A DNA stretch of 64,000 nucleotides from Thermoguttaceae bacterium. Lineage in GTDB: Bacteria; Planctomycetota; Planctomycetia; Pirellulales; Thermoguttaceae. This document shows, piece after piece, positions 27,465 through 36,912 of this stretch. The position numbers were made by a program, and so were the translations under genes. The notes beneath the pieces were generated by a model, which made no database searches, was not told where the DNA came from, and saw only the letters and a program-made list of their open reading frames with translations. The stretch lies in NCBI GenBank assembly GCA_963674475.2, contig CAXXFQ010000019.1:410168-474167 (forward strand), given 5' to 3'. Numbering within the stretch: position 1 is the stretch's first letter; every line of letters starts with the position of its first letter.

Positions 27465-27938
27465 ATGGCCCGTACGAAGCTTCACGTCGTGCTTTATCAA
27501 CCGGAGATTGCTTACAATACCGGGAGTGTCGGTCGGACGTGTGTGGCATTGGGGGCCAAGCTGTGGTTGGTTCGTCCGTTGGGTTTTCAGATCGACGACC
27601 GTCGCCTGAAGCGGGCCGGGATGGACTACTGGCAGTCGTTGGATTGGGAGATCGTCGCCGATTGGGACGAGCTTTCCGAGCGGCTTTCGGGACACACGTT
27701 TTGGTTTTTCACCAAGAAGGCCGACCAGGCGTATCTTGACGCTCCGTTCGGTCAGGAGGACGTGTTGGTTTTCGGGAGTGAGTCGGAAGGGTTGCCGGGT
27801 TCGTTGTTGGAACAACATCAAGATCGATGCCTGCGGATTCCGATTGAACCGGAGGCCCGAAGTTTGAACTTGTCGGTGAGCGTGGCGGTGGCGGCGTTCG
27901 AGGCGGCTCGACAGATCCGAGTTGCCGAGGGACTTTGA
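27465..27938 (+). CDS. trmL: tRNA (cytidine/uridine-34 2'-O)-methyltransferase TrmL (SpoU family)
   Basis: LHVVLYQPEIAYNTGSVGRTCVALGAKLWLVRPLGF, LVFGSESEGLP and RSLNLSVSVAVAAFEAARQ. Confidence 0.85.
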   Translation: MARTKLHVVLYQPEIAYNTGSVGRTCVALGAKLWLVRPLGFQIDDRRLKRAGMDYWQSLDWEIVADWDELSERLSGHTFWFFTKKADQAYLDAPFGQEDVLVFGSESEGLPGSLLEQHQDRCLRIPIEPEARSLNLSVSVAVAAFEAARQIRVAEGL

Positions 27939-28927
27939 AGTCAAAGCGGCGAAGGGGTATTCCTTTTTCTCACAGTACATTCGTTCGAGGTGGGCTTGTG
28001 GCCGGGCAAAACGACCTCCGAATTCAAGCGGCCGGACCGGAAACGGTTGATGCGGCGTTGGAGCTGGTTTTTGGCGATTGGGTCGATCCGGTCGCCCGGC
28101 GAAACCAAATCGAGTCGATCAAAGCGAGAGCCGAGAAGAGGATTCCGGAAGGCCTTTTTGTTGCGATCGATTTCAACGAGACGGAATCGACGGTCGCCGG
28201 TGCCGTGTTGGTTGAGGGTCGTCCCGGAAAGGCGGCCTATGTCCATCCACCGCGAGGTCGGTTGGACTTGTCGACCGAGACGTTCGTTCAGTTATTGGAC
28301 GTGGCTTCCGGTTGGTTGGAATCAAAAGGATTTCGGATGGCCCAGGCCCTGTTGCCTGTCGGGGCGGCAGCGGACGAGGCGGTTTTGGTCGCGGCCGAGT
28401 TCCGGCGATTGGCCGACCTGGCGTACCTGGAGAGTCGTCGAGAGAGCTTTCCGATACGGCGACCTGATGAAGGTCGTTTTGAGTTGGTTCCGGTTACGCC
28501 GGCCGACTTGGAACGTTTGCGGCGGATTGTGGAGAAAACCTTCGAGGAAACGCTCGATTGTCCCGCGTTAAGCGGAGTTCAATCGATCGAGGAGGTTTTC
28601 GAAGGGTATTGGGCCAGTTCGGCGGGTGAGACGCGTTTTTGGCGTATCGTCTGTCGCGGTGGTGAGGAGGTTGGCGTTTTGTTGGTGGCCGACCATCCTG
28701 ACGAGGCGCTGGCGGAGCTGGTCTACATGGGGCTTATCCCCTCGGCGAGAGGGCAGGGGGGTGGCCGCGAAATCGCTCGTCAGGCCCAGTGGCTTGCGGT
28801 CGAGGCCGGACGGGACCGATTGGTTGTCGGCGTCGACGAGGCGAACGGCCCAGCCTTGGAAGCCTACACGGGCGTTGGGTTTGAGGCCTGGGAGAAGCGA
28901 GTCGTCTACACGAAGTTTTTTCATTAG
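27935..28927 (+). CDS. GNAT-family N-acetyltransferase (two-domain); start uncertain
   Basis: The C-terminal acetyl-CoA binding region reads LVYMGLIPSARGQGGGREIARQA...GPALEAYTGVGF. The ORF opens at TTG 27935, overlapping the trmL stop. Confidence 0.65.
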   Translation: MKSKRRRGIPFSHSTFVRGGLVAGQNDLRIQAAGPETVDAALELVFGDWVDPVARRNQIESIKARAEKRIPEGLFVAIDFNETESTVAGAVLVEGRPGKAAYVHPPRGRLDLSTETFVQLLDVASGWLESKGFRMAQALLPVGAAADEAVLVAAEFRRLADLAYLESRRESFPIRRPDEGRFELVPVTPADLERLRRIVEKTFEETLDCPALSGVQSIEEVFEGYWASSAGETRFWRIVCRGGEEVGVLLVADHPDEALAELVYMGLIPSARGQGGGREIARQAQWLAVEAGRDRLVVGVDEANGPALEAYTGVGFEAWEKRVVYTKFFH

Positions 28928-29012
28928 AGTAGTTTTCATGGAAGTGTAGCGTCACGGGAGGCGGTGGAAGAGATCTCATGTTTGCCTAAGTGTTTGTGGC
29001 AGAATGGGTTTT

Positions 29013-29052
29013 GATTTTTCCATTTCTCTCTCGGTTGCAAGGAACGAGCGAC
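29013..29052 (+). repeat. Copy 1 of the conserved ~35-nt motif GATTTTTCCAyTT..GGTTGCAAGGAAC
   Basis: gatttttccatttctctctcggttgcaaggaacgagcgac. Compare 45248-45283, 45786-45820 and the shortened form at 32606-32631. Confidence 0.7.
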
Positions 29053-29618
29053 ATCTAAGCGACACCTAAGTGAAATGCAATATAAAAAAGGGGAGCAAGG
29101 GAATGCGGATTGATCGCGCTGACGGGACGAGGGTGAATTCTGGTTTAGCTACAACTTTTCCACCGGACTGAACGAGGGTGGTCGGAGAAAAAAGCAGTTG
29201 TTTTTTCTTGAAATCCTTTGATTTTAGGGCCTTTTTGCCCGGCAAAAAAACGATTGCGGGAAAAATAGTTCGAACGGCCCATTCGGTGGTTTGACATTAT
29301 AGGCTCTCCGACTAAAATCGGACTCCCAGGCGGCCCGTAAAGGGAAGCCTGACAAACAGATAACCAGATAATCTTTTGACCCAGATGGCGACCGCCGTCG
29401 CAGCATGGCGTCCCCCATTTTTTGGAGGCGTTTTTCTTACTCGGTCGATTTGGCTTTGCCGTCAAACTTGGACGGGGGCGTGTTTTTTCACAGACATGTC
29501 CCGACCAGACCGTTTCGTTGGAAAACTGCCGACTTTCTTTTCTGAATGGAAAACGATTCGACACGGATAGAGGAATGGTCGTTCGTTTGGGGGAAGTGTG
29601 CCGAGGATGCTTTAGGAA

Positions 29619-31154
29619 GTGACGACCCACGATACGGACATCGTAGCTGCCCTGCGAAGCGAATTGGCCCAACAGCTAGGGCCCGAACGGTTTGAACTTT
29701 GGTTTGGGGAAAGTACCAAGCTCGAGCTGACCGAGCAAGAGCTCTCGATCGGCGCGCCGAATCGGTTTTTCCGCGATTGGCTCCAGACGAATTTTCGTAG
29801 CCAGTTGGATTCGGCCGTGACACGAGTCGGGTGCGGCCCGGTGGGGCTTCGATTCTATGTCGATGCGACTTTGCCGACACCGGCGACGCAAAAAACTCCC
29901 GCAACGCCCGCCGTCCAAGCGGCTTCTTCCGCGGCCGAATCGGCTCAATCAAGTGCCGCCGTTTCGAGTACGCGATCAGAGGGTGCGCCATCGCTGGGGC
30001 TTTTTCAACCGAGTGTTGCTTCGGCGGATCAAGGTCAGAATATTGGCGGGCGGAATCTGTTTACCGGTTCTTCTGTCGGCAGTTCTTCTGTCGGTGGTGC
30101 GGCGCAAGGTTCACGCGTCAAGAAACCGAGCGGGTTGAAGACGTTCATTACCGGTTTGTCGAATCGCATTGCCCGCGCGTCGGCCGAAACGGTGGTGGCG
30201 CGGCCCGGGCATTTTACGCCGCTGGTGGTTTACGGATCGACCGGCGTTGGGAAGACCCATCTTTTGCAGGCGATCCAGGCCGAGTGGCGTCGGGCCCATC
30301 CGACGACCCGGTCGATCTATCTGACGGCCGAACAGTTTACCTCGTCTTATATCGAAGCGCTTCGAGGAAACGGATTGCCCAGTTTCCGACAAAAGTACCG
30401 AGGTGTGCGTCTGTTGGTGTTGGACGACTTGCAGTTCTTTCTCGGCAAACGACACACGGTGATCGAACTGTTGCATACGATCGACACGTTGTTGCGTGAG
30501 GGACAGCAGATCGTTGTCGCGGCCGACCGACCGCTGGACGCACTGGACGGTTTGGGAACCGATTTGGTTTCTCGACTGAAGAGCGGGCTGGCCTGTGAGA
30601 TCGATCCGCCGGAACACGGGACCCGACTGGGAATCTTGAAGCAGATGGTCACGCGGCATCAACTCGAGGTGCCCGACGACGTGCTTCATTATGTCGCGTC
30701 GCACCTGACGGCGCATGCCCGCGAACTTTCCGGGGCGATTTACCGGTTGCAGGCGACTTCCGAGGCGCTTGCGGAACCGATCACGCTGCCGATGGCCGAG
30801 GAGGCGCTGGCCGACTTGGTGCGACATAGCATCCGAATGGTTCGACTGCCGGATATCCAGAAGGCGGTGTGCGAGCTGTTCCGGATCGAGCCGACTTCGT
30901 TGCATTCGAAGCGAACGGCCAAGGTGATCGCCCAGCCGCGGATGTTGGCGATGTGGTTGGCACGAAAGTATACCCGAGCCGGTTTGAGCGAGATCGGCAC
31001 CTTTTTCGGTCGACGCAGTCACAGCACGGTCCTTTCGGCGCAGAAACGGGTCGAGACATGGTTGGCCGAAGGGGAGCAAGTGGTGCTGGCCGAGCGGGTC
31101 GTCCGGGTTGACGACGCGATTCGTCAGGTGGAAAAGACATTGATGGCCGGTTAG
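29619..31154 (+). CDS. dnaA: Chromosomal replication initiator protein DnaA
   Basis: GTG start preceded by AGGAAG. Walker A is YGSTGVGKTHLL and Walker B is LLVLDDLQFF. The sensor/box VII region is present, and the C-terminal DNA-binding HTH reads IAQPRMLAMWLARKYTRAGLSEIGTFFGRRSHSTVLSAQKRVE. Confidence 0.93.
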   Translation: MTTHDTDIVAALRSELAQQLGPERFELWFGESTKLELTEQELSIGAPNRFFRDWLQTNFRSQLDSAVTRVGCGPVGLRFYVDATLPTPATQKTPATPAVQAASSAAESAQSSAAVSSTRSEGAPSLGLFQPSVASADQGQNIGGRNLFTGSSVGSSSVGGAAQGSRVKKPSGLKTFITGLSNRIARASAETVVARPGHFTPLVVYGSTGVGKTHLLQAIQAEWRRAHPTTRSIYLTAEQFTSSYIEALRGNGLPSFRQKYRGVRLLVLDDLQFFLGKRHTVIELLHTIDTLLREGQQIVVAADRPLDALDGLGTDLVSRLKSGLACEIDPPEHGTRLGILKQMVTRHQLEVPDDVLHYVASHLTAHARELSGAIYRLQATSEALAEPITLPMAEEALADLVRHSIRMVRLPDIQKAVCELFRIEPTSLHSKRTAKVIAQPRMLAMWLARKYTRAGLSEIGTFFGRRSHSTVLSAQKRVETWLAEGEQVVLAERVVRVDDAIRQVEKTLMAG

Positions 31155-31520
31155 CGAAAAAGAAAGAAAAAATAAAAAAAGAGGGACGCCCCGGCCGTCG
31201 CCCGTTTGCTTCTACTTTTTCTCTTCGAGTTGATTCCCCATTCTGTTTTTGCTTCTTGTTTTTTTCAAAAGTAACCGAGAGAAAACAGGATAGAAAAAGG
31301 AATGTCTTCCCCGCGCTTGGGGTATTGGATGCGATGGCTTGTTTTCGTTGATGCGGTCATTTTCTTCTTGTCACGGCCGGTTTTCTCGGCCAGAGTCGAC
31401 TTTTCCGGTTCTTCCGGTTCTTCTCCCCCTTCGATCGGTTGCCAGGGCGTAAGCTAAAATGGTATGGTGTAATATCTTGTAGTTGCACCCTGGTGTTAGG
31501 TTCTTATTAGGAGAAGGTCC

Positions 31521-32576
31521 ATGTTGAAAAAAGCAAGTATTTGTCTTGCCGTTGTTATTTCGTTGAGTTTGGTCGCCCAGGCGATGGCCGGTCCGGAGGC
31601 GTTTTTGACCGTCGAGGAAGCGGGGCCCGATTATCAGATGCAGGGAGAGTATGTCGGGACGCTTCAAGGGTTGGGCCAGTACGGCGCTCAGTTGATCGCG
31701 TTTGGGGACGGTAATTTTGTCGGGGTCGCTTTTCCCGGCGGACTTCCCGGCGCCGGTTGGGATGGGAGTGAGAAGCTCGTTTTTGAAGCGATCCAAGCGG
31801 CCGACGGTGTGGCCGAAGTGGCGATTTCTCAGTTGACCTCGCCCGAAAAGGCCGGCCCGCTTGGCAAGCGTCTCTTCCGCAAAGCCAACAAAGTCCGCAA
31901 GGGCGGTTTGGCGACGATCAAGGACGGCAAGATCACGGTCGAAGACGAGTATGGCAAGGTTCTCGGGACACTCGATCGGATCGAACGCAAAAGTCCGACG
32001 CTCGGGGCGAACCCGCCGGAAGGGGCGACGGTCCTTTTTGACGGCACCTCGACCGACAAGTTGGAAAAGGGCGAAATGACCGAAGACGGTCTGCTCAAGC
32101 AAGGGGCGGTCACGAAAGATAAGTTCGGCGACCATACGTTGCACCTCGAGTTCCGCACGCCGTTCATGCCGACCGGTCTGTACCAGGGTCGCGGCAACAG
32201 CGGTTGTTATGTCCAAGGCCGTTACGAGCTTCAGATCCTCGACTCGTTCGGACGGAATAAGCGTAACAACGACGCGGGCGGGATCTATAAGATCGCCGTG
32301 CCGAAGTGGAACATGTGCCTGCCGCCGCTGCAGTGGCAAACCTATGATATCGATTTCACCGCGCCGAAGTTCGACGAGAACGGTAAGAAGATCGAGAATG
32401 CCCGGCTGACGGCTCGTTTGAACGGGGTCATAATCCACGACGATTTGGAACTGCCGAACCATACGCCCGGTGGAATTGTCAAGGGCGAAGGGCCCGAGGG
32501 TCCGCTCTTCCTGCAAGATCACGGCGATCCGGTCCGATTCCGTAACGTCTGGGTCTTGCCGAAGAAGGCAGAGTAG
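31521..32576 (+). CDS. DUF1080 domain protein, secreted
   Basis: Signal peptide MLKKASICLAVVISLSLVAQAMA. GNSGCYVQGRYELQILDSFG, W.TYDIDFTAPKFD and VRFRNVWVLP are also present. Confidence 0.82.
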   Translation: MLKKASICLAVVISLSLVAQAMAGPEAFLTVEEAGPDYQMQGEYVGTLQGLGQYGAQLIAFGDGNFVGVAFPGGLPGAGWDGSEKLVFEAIQAADGVAEVAISQLTSPEKAGPLGKRLFRKANKVRKGGLATIKDGKITVEDEYGKVLGTLDRIERKSPTLGANPPEGATVLFDGTSTDKLEKGEMTEDGLLKQGAVTKDKFGDHTLHLEFRTPFMPTGLYQGRGNSGCYVQGRYELQILDSFGRNKRNNDAGGIYKIAVPKWNMCLPPLQWQTYDIDFTAPKFDENGKKIENARLTARLNGVIIHDDLELPNHTPGGIVKGEGPEGPLFLQDHGDPVRFRNVWVLPKKAE

Positions 32577-32605
32577 TCGCGATTGGATTGCCGCTCTTTC
32601 CGAAC

Positions 32606-32631
32606 GATTTTTTTCATAGGGAACGAGCGAC
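32606..32631 (+). repeat. Shortened copy 4 of the ~35-nt motif
   Basis: gatttttttcatagggaacgagcgac shares GATTTTT and the 12-mer GGAACGAGCGAC with copy 1 (29013-29052). Confidence 0.5.
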
Positions 32632-32681
32632 GATGATCGAAAGCATTCTCCTCGTTTTAAGGAGTGTGATCAAAAAATTTC

Positions 32682-32729
32682 AAAGTGGGAAAACGGTTAT
32701 TCCGCAAAAACCGCTTTCCCACTTTTTTT
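32682..32729 (+). terminator. Rho-independent terminator
   Basis: AAAGTGGGAAAACGGTT-loop-AACCGCTTTCCCACTTT forms a stem of about 16 bp with one mismatch, followed by TTTTT. Confidence 0.8.
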
Positions 32730-32851
32730 ATGGACCGTGCAAAACGGCTTAAGGCATGTTGTTGCCGGTACCGAAGGGTGAAAAAGGGTGTTGTTTCCAC
32801 ACGTTTTCGGTGGGTCTACAAGGAGTGGCTTTTAAGAAAAGGGAGAAATCG

Positions 32852-33424
32852 ATGGAATTAAAAGGATCGCAGACGGAAAAGAATCTTTTGGGCGCGTTCG
32901 CCGGAGAATCCCAAGCGCGAAATCGGTATACCTACTTTGCCGGGGCTGCTCGAAAGGAAGGGTTGGTCCAGATTGCGCAGATTTTCGAAGAGACGGCCAA
33001 TCAAGAAAAGGAACACGCGAAACGGTTCTTCAAGTTCCTCGAAGGGGGCGAAGTGGAAATCACGGCCGCCTTTCCCGCCGGGGTGATCGGCTCGACCGAA
33101 GCGAACCTCTTGGCGGCTGCCGGGGGGGAATTGGAGGAGTGGTCGACGCTTTATCCGGCCTTTGCCGAAAAGGCTCGCGAGGAAGGGTTCGCGGCGGTGG
33201 CCAACGTTTTTGAGCATGTTTCGGTCGCCGAGCGTCAGCACGAACGACGTTATCGCGCGTTGTACGAGAATCTCAAAAACGACCGGGTCTTTAAGCGGGC
33301 CGAGGTGGTTCAGTGGCGTTGTCTCAATTGCGGCTATGTCCACGAAGGGACCGAAGCGTCCCAGGTCTGCCCGGCCTGTGCCCATCCGCAGGCGTATTTC
33401 GAGCTGTTGGGCGAAAACTGGTAA
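32852..33424 (+). CDS. Rubrerythrin
   Basis: MELKGSQTEKNLLGAFAGESQARNRYTYFA is the ferritin-like diiron domain (E..H pairs). The C-terminal rubredoxin-like region reads CLNCGY...CPACAHP. AAGGGAGA Shine-Dalgarno upstream. Confidence 0.9.
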   Translation: MELKGSQTEKNLLGAFAGESQARNRYTYFAGAARKEGLVQIAQIFEETANQEKEHAKRFFKFLEGGEVEITAAFPAGVIGSTEANLLAAAGGELEEWSTLYPAFAEKAREEGFAAVANVFEHVSVAERQHERRYRALYENLKNDRVFKRAEVVQWRCLNCGYVHEGTEASQVCPACAHPQAYFELLGENW

Positions 33425-33552
33425 CCTCCCCAACATCCCGTGCGGGAGGCGCGGTTTTTCTCTTTCCCGCAATGGAGTAGAATGGAAAAGAAGGGCGGTC
33501 CGCGGGATCGCCTTTTTTTGAAGGTGTGAAAAAAACGGGTTAGGTCGATTTT

Positions 33553-34611
33553 ATGGATCATGCGGAAATCGTGGGTTGGCTTCGCGAAATCGATTCCAGG
33601 CGACTCGAGTCGCTTTGGGCCGCGGCCGATCGGGTCCGTGCCGAGTCGGTCGGGCCGGAGATCCATCTGCGCGGGCTGCTTGAGATTTCCAATACCTGTC
33701 GACGGAACTGTCATTACTGCGGACTTCGTGCCGGAAATCCGAAAATCCACCGCTACCGTTTGAGCGAGGACGAGATTCTCGCGGCAGTCGACGCGGCGGT
33801 CGGATTCGGCTATGGGACGGTGGTCATGCAGTCGGGGGAAGACCCGGCGGTGACGGCCGAGACGCTCGAGCGGGTGATCCGCAAGATTAAGGCTTGCCAC
33901 GCCGATTTGGCGGTGACGTTGAGCGTTGGTGAACGGACCGAGGCGGAATTGACCCGATGGCATCGCGCGGGGGCCGATCGGTATCTGTTGCGTTTCGAGA
34001 CTTCCAACCGGGCTCTTTATCGGTGGATTCACCCCGATCGGCCGGAAGAAGCGGCCCAAGGACGGCCGAGCGACCGGATGGCCCTGTTGCGCATGATTCG
34101 TCGGATCGGTTATGAACTGGGAAGCGGTGTGATGATCGGCATCCCGGGACAGACTTACGACGATCTGGCGCGAGATATCGAGTGTTTTGCCGAGTTGGAT
34201 CTCGACATGATCGGGGTCGGGCCGTATCTGCCGCACCCGGATACCCCTTTGGCGGCGGAAGTGTCGGACGAGCCCTCGGAGGATCAGGTACCGGCCGACG
34301 ACCTGACGACGTACAAGGTGATCGCCCTGGCGCGGCTGGTCTGTCCGAAAGCCAATATCCCGGCGACAACGGCTCTTTCGGCCCGATTTGGTGAGGAGGC
34401 TCGACGGCTTGGACTCGAGCGCGGGGCGAATGTGATTATGCCCAACGTGACGCCGAAGCGATTTCGCAGCGATTACGAAATTTACTTGGAGAAAGGGGCG
34501 GTGGTCGAAACGGCCGAAGCGGTCGACCGGTCGATTCGTCGTCTGGTCGATTCGATCGGGCGGACGATCGGTCGCGGTCGAGGCGATTCCCCCCGATTTC
34601 TCGAACGGTAG
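33553..34611 (+). CDS. Radical SAM protein of the HydE/BioB/ThiH-like class
   Basis: IHLRGLLEISNTCRRNCHYCGLRAGNPKIHRYRLSEDEIL...GYGTVVMQSGEDP closely follows the HydE-type N-terminal pattern. No hydrogenase genes are in the window, so the exact function is open. Confidence 0.65.
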   Translation: MDHAEIVGWLREIDSRRLESLWAAADRVRAESVGPEIHLRGLLEISNTCRRNCHYCGLRAGNPKIHRYRLSEDEILAAVDAAVGFGYGTVVMQSGEDPAVTAETLERVIRKIKACHADLAVTLSVGERTEAELTRWHRAGADRYLLRFETSNRALYRWIHPDRPEEAAQGRPSDRMALLRMIRRIGYELGSGVMIGIPGQTYDDLARDIECFAELDLDMIGVGPYLPHPDTPLAAEVSDEPSEDQVPADDLTTYKVIALARLVCPKANIPATTALSARFGEEARRLGLERGANVIMPNVTPKRFRSDYEIYLEKGAVVETAEAVDRSIRRLVDSIGRTIGRGRGDSPRFLER

Positions 34612-34772
34612 CGCTCCTTGTGGCGAACTTGGCCTTTTTGCTTTGCGCCGAGGTGTAGGGTTTCCGTTGCTTGCGATTGAGGCGGGGGAAGCGATCCGAT
34701 ATACTGCATACGGCTGAAGACGTTTCGAATGGCGAGACAGCTAAAAATAACTTAAGGGGAGAATCGAATACG

Positions 34773-35678
34773 ATGGCCGTCAATCTTGCCGTGATTCCGG
34801 TTGCTGGACGGGGGACGCGACTCTTGCCGGTGGCGAAAAGCCAACCCAAAGAGATGTTGCCTGTCGGGCGAAAACCGGTCGTCCAATATGTGGTCGAGGA
34901 ACTGGCCCGTTCGGGGATCACTCGGCTTTTGTTCGTCACCGGGCCGGGAAAGACGGCGATCGAGAATCATTTCGACGTCGACGAAGGGCTGATCTCCCAT
35001 TTGCGCGAGACGGGCAAGGAAGAGTTGCTCGACGAGCTGTCTTTCGAACGGGACGACCTCGAATATTTTTATACGCGACAACGACGCCAGTTGGGCCTGG
35101 GGCACGCGGTCCTTTGCGCGGCGCCGGTGGTCGGGAACGAACCGTTCGTCGTCGCCTTGGGTGATTCGATTATCGGTCTGCACGCCGAGAGCCGGATTGT
35201 TCGCGTGATGATCAATCAGTTCGAGGAGATGGGCGCCGACGCGGTGATCGCCTTGGAAGAGGTGGCCGACGAAGAGGTTTCGAAATACGGCATCGCGATC
35301 CCGCAAGGCACGCCGGGCGAGGTGTTCGATATCGCCGATTTGATCGAGAAACCGGCCGCGGGCGAGGTGGCCAGTAATTTGGCGATCGCGGCCCGGTACG
35401 TGTTGAGTCCGAAGGTTTTCGAGTGTCTCCGCAAAACCGATCCGGGCAAGGGGGGCGAGATTCAACTGACCGATGCGATTCGAATGCTTTTGGAGCAGGG
35501 CGGGCGAGTTTTGGGAGTGCGTCTGTCTCGCGAGCATCAGCGTTATGACATTGGGAATTTTCCCAGCTATTTTGACGCTTTTCTTCGGTTCGCCCTTTCC
35601 GATCCGCAGTACGGCGAGGAGTTGCGTGAGAAACTGAAATCTTATTTCGACGTCGAAACAACCGAGTCGGGCGCCTAA
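34773..35678 (+). CDS. galU: UTP-glucose-1-phosphate uridylyltransferase
   Basis: VIPVAGRGTRLLPVAKSQPKEMLPVGRKPVVQYVVEE, followed by ENHFD. The ATG at 34773 lies inside the longer ORF. Confidence 0.85.
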   Translation: MAVNLAVIPVAGRGTRLLPVAKSQPKEMLPVGRKPVVQYVVEELARSGITRLLFVTGPGKTAIENHFDVDEGLISHLRETGKEELLDELSFERDDLEYFYTRQRRQLGLGHAVLCAAPVVGNEPFVVALGDSIIGLHAESRIVRVMINQFEEMGADAVIALEEVADEEVSKYGIAIPQGTPGEVFDIADLIEKPAAGEVASNLAIAARYVLSPKVFECLRKTDPGKGGEIQLTDAIRMLLEQGGRVLGVRLSREHQRYDIGNFPSYFDAFLRFALSDPQYGEELREKLKSYFDVETTESGA

Positions 35679-35696
35679 AGCGGAGGACCAAGGGCG

Positions 35697-36707
35697 ATGT
35701 GGTTAACGCGAAAAAAGGCCTTTGCGCGAGCCGGGTTGATCGGCAACCCGTCGGACGGCTATTTCGGCAAGACGATCTCGCTGATCGTTCCTGAATTTTT
35801 TGCCGAAGTGACCCTTTACGAATGGGATGAAGTCGAACTGGTCTGGAGCCGTCACGATCAACACCGGTTCCGATCGATTGATGAGTTGGTTCACGACGTT
35901 GGCTTGCACGGTTACTACGGCGGCATCCGTCTGGTCCGTGCGACGATCAAAAAATTTGTCGACTACTGTCGCGCTCAAGGGATCTCTTTGCATAACCGAA
36001 ATTTTTCGGTCCGCTACGAGTCGAAGATTCCGCGGATGGTCGGTCTGGCCGGCTCCAGCGCGATCATCACCGCGACATTGCGCTGTCTGATGGAGTTCTA
36101 CGATATTTCGATACCGCGTGAGGTCCAGCCGTCGTTGGTCCTTTCGGTCGAAGCGGACGAATTGGGGATTCCCGCAGGCCTGCAGGACCGGGTGATCCAG
36201 GTCTATGAGGGGCTGGTCTACATGGACTTCAGCCGCGAGGCGATGCGACAGACCCACGGTTTTTCGTGCGGTCAATACGAACGGCTCGATCCGACGTTGT
36301 TGCCGCCGCTTTACCTTTCGTTTGCCGAAGAGGTAAGCAATCCGACCGAACAGGTCCATAACGATCTTCGCGGGCGTTTCGAACGTGGAGAGCGTGGGGT
36401 GGCCGACGCGATGCGTGAGTTGGCCGAATTGACCGATCAGGCGAAAAAGACGCTTCTGGCCGGACAGCCGGAAAAATGGGGGCCGCTGATGGATCGGAAT
36501 TTTGAGATCCGCCGCTCGATTTGTCGAATCCCGTCGAACCAGCTCGAGATGGTCGATCGGGCGCGTGCGGCCGGGGCGAGTGCGAAGTTCACCGGTTCCG
36601 GTGGGGCGATTGTCGGGACCTATGCGGATGAAGATATGTTCCATCGGCTTGAGGCGGAATTGCGAGCGATCGGTTGCCGGGTTATGCGGCTTTGTAGCGG
36701 CGAATAA
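35697..36707 (+). CDS. GHMP-family sugar kinase, glucuronokinase-like
   Basis: ARAGLIGNPSDGYFGKTISL resembles the glucuronokinase-type N-terminus. The GHMP motif II reads PRMVGLAGSSAIITA, and a C-terminal GSGGA is present. Confidence 0.7.
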   Translation: MWLTRKKAFARAGLIGNPSDGYFGKTISLIVPEFFAEVTLYEWDEVELVWSRHDQHRFRSIDELVHDVGLHGYYGGIRLVRATIKKFVDYCRAQGISLHNRNFSVRYESKIPRMVGLAGSSAIITATLRCLMEFYDISIPREVQPSLVLSVEADELGIPAGLQDRVIQVYEGLVYMDFSREAMRQTHGFSCGQYERLDPTLLPPLYLSFAEEVSNPTEQVHNDLRGRFERGERGVADAMRELAELTDQAKKTLLAGQPEKWGPLMDRNFEIRRSICRIPSNQLEMVDRARAAGASAKFTGSGGAIVGTYADEDMFHRLEAELRAIGCRVMRLCSGE

Positions 36708-36723
36708 AAGTAGAAGAAAAAAA

Positions 36724-36900
36724 GAGAGGGATTGCGAAGCAATCCCGGCGGGCAGGGCCCGCGGCCTGACTGGCGTTACCACGCCACTGACTATGGCCCG
36801 TTCCCGTTGGTCGCTGGTATCAACACTAGCGACCAACAGGAGCGGGTTTTGATATCGGTGCGGGAGCACCAAGAGAAAATTTTCAAAATGTTTCCCTCTC
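36724..36900 (+). repeat. Composite palindromic intergenic repeat, full copy B
   Basis: Starts 17 nt after the stop of the GHMP kinase gene. It has the same module order as copy A, and its large hairpin spans 36797-36846. Its ends form an 8-nt inverted repeat GAGAGGGA...TCCCTCTC. Confidence 0.85.
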
Positions 36901-36912
36901 ATTTAAAAAAAC

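Noticed and set aside
29355-29372. ACAGATAACCAGATAATC as a possible pair of DnaA boxes
   Set aside because: Each half has three or more mismatches to TGTGGATAA, which is insufficient to call.
31371-32522. 383-aa ORF on the minus strand
   Set aside because: It is antisense to the DUF1080 gene, which has a signal peptide and family motifs.
32633-32773. 46-codon ORF (MIESILLVLRSV...) starting 2 nt after motif copy 4
   Set aside because: It runs straight through a strong intrinsic terminator hairpin (32682-32729) and has no Shine-Dalgarno, so it is likely non-coding.
35703-36902. 399-aa ORF on the minus strand
   Set aside because: It is antisense to the GHMP kinase gene and would start inside the palindromic repeat element. 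No motifs were seen.
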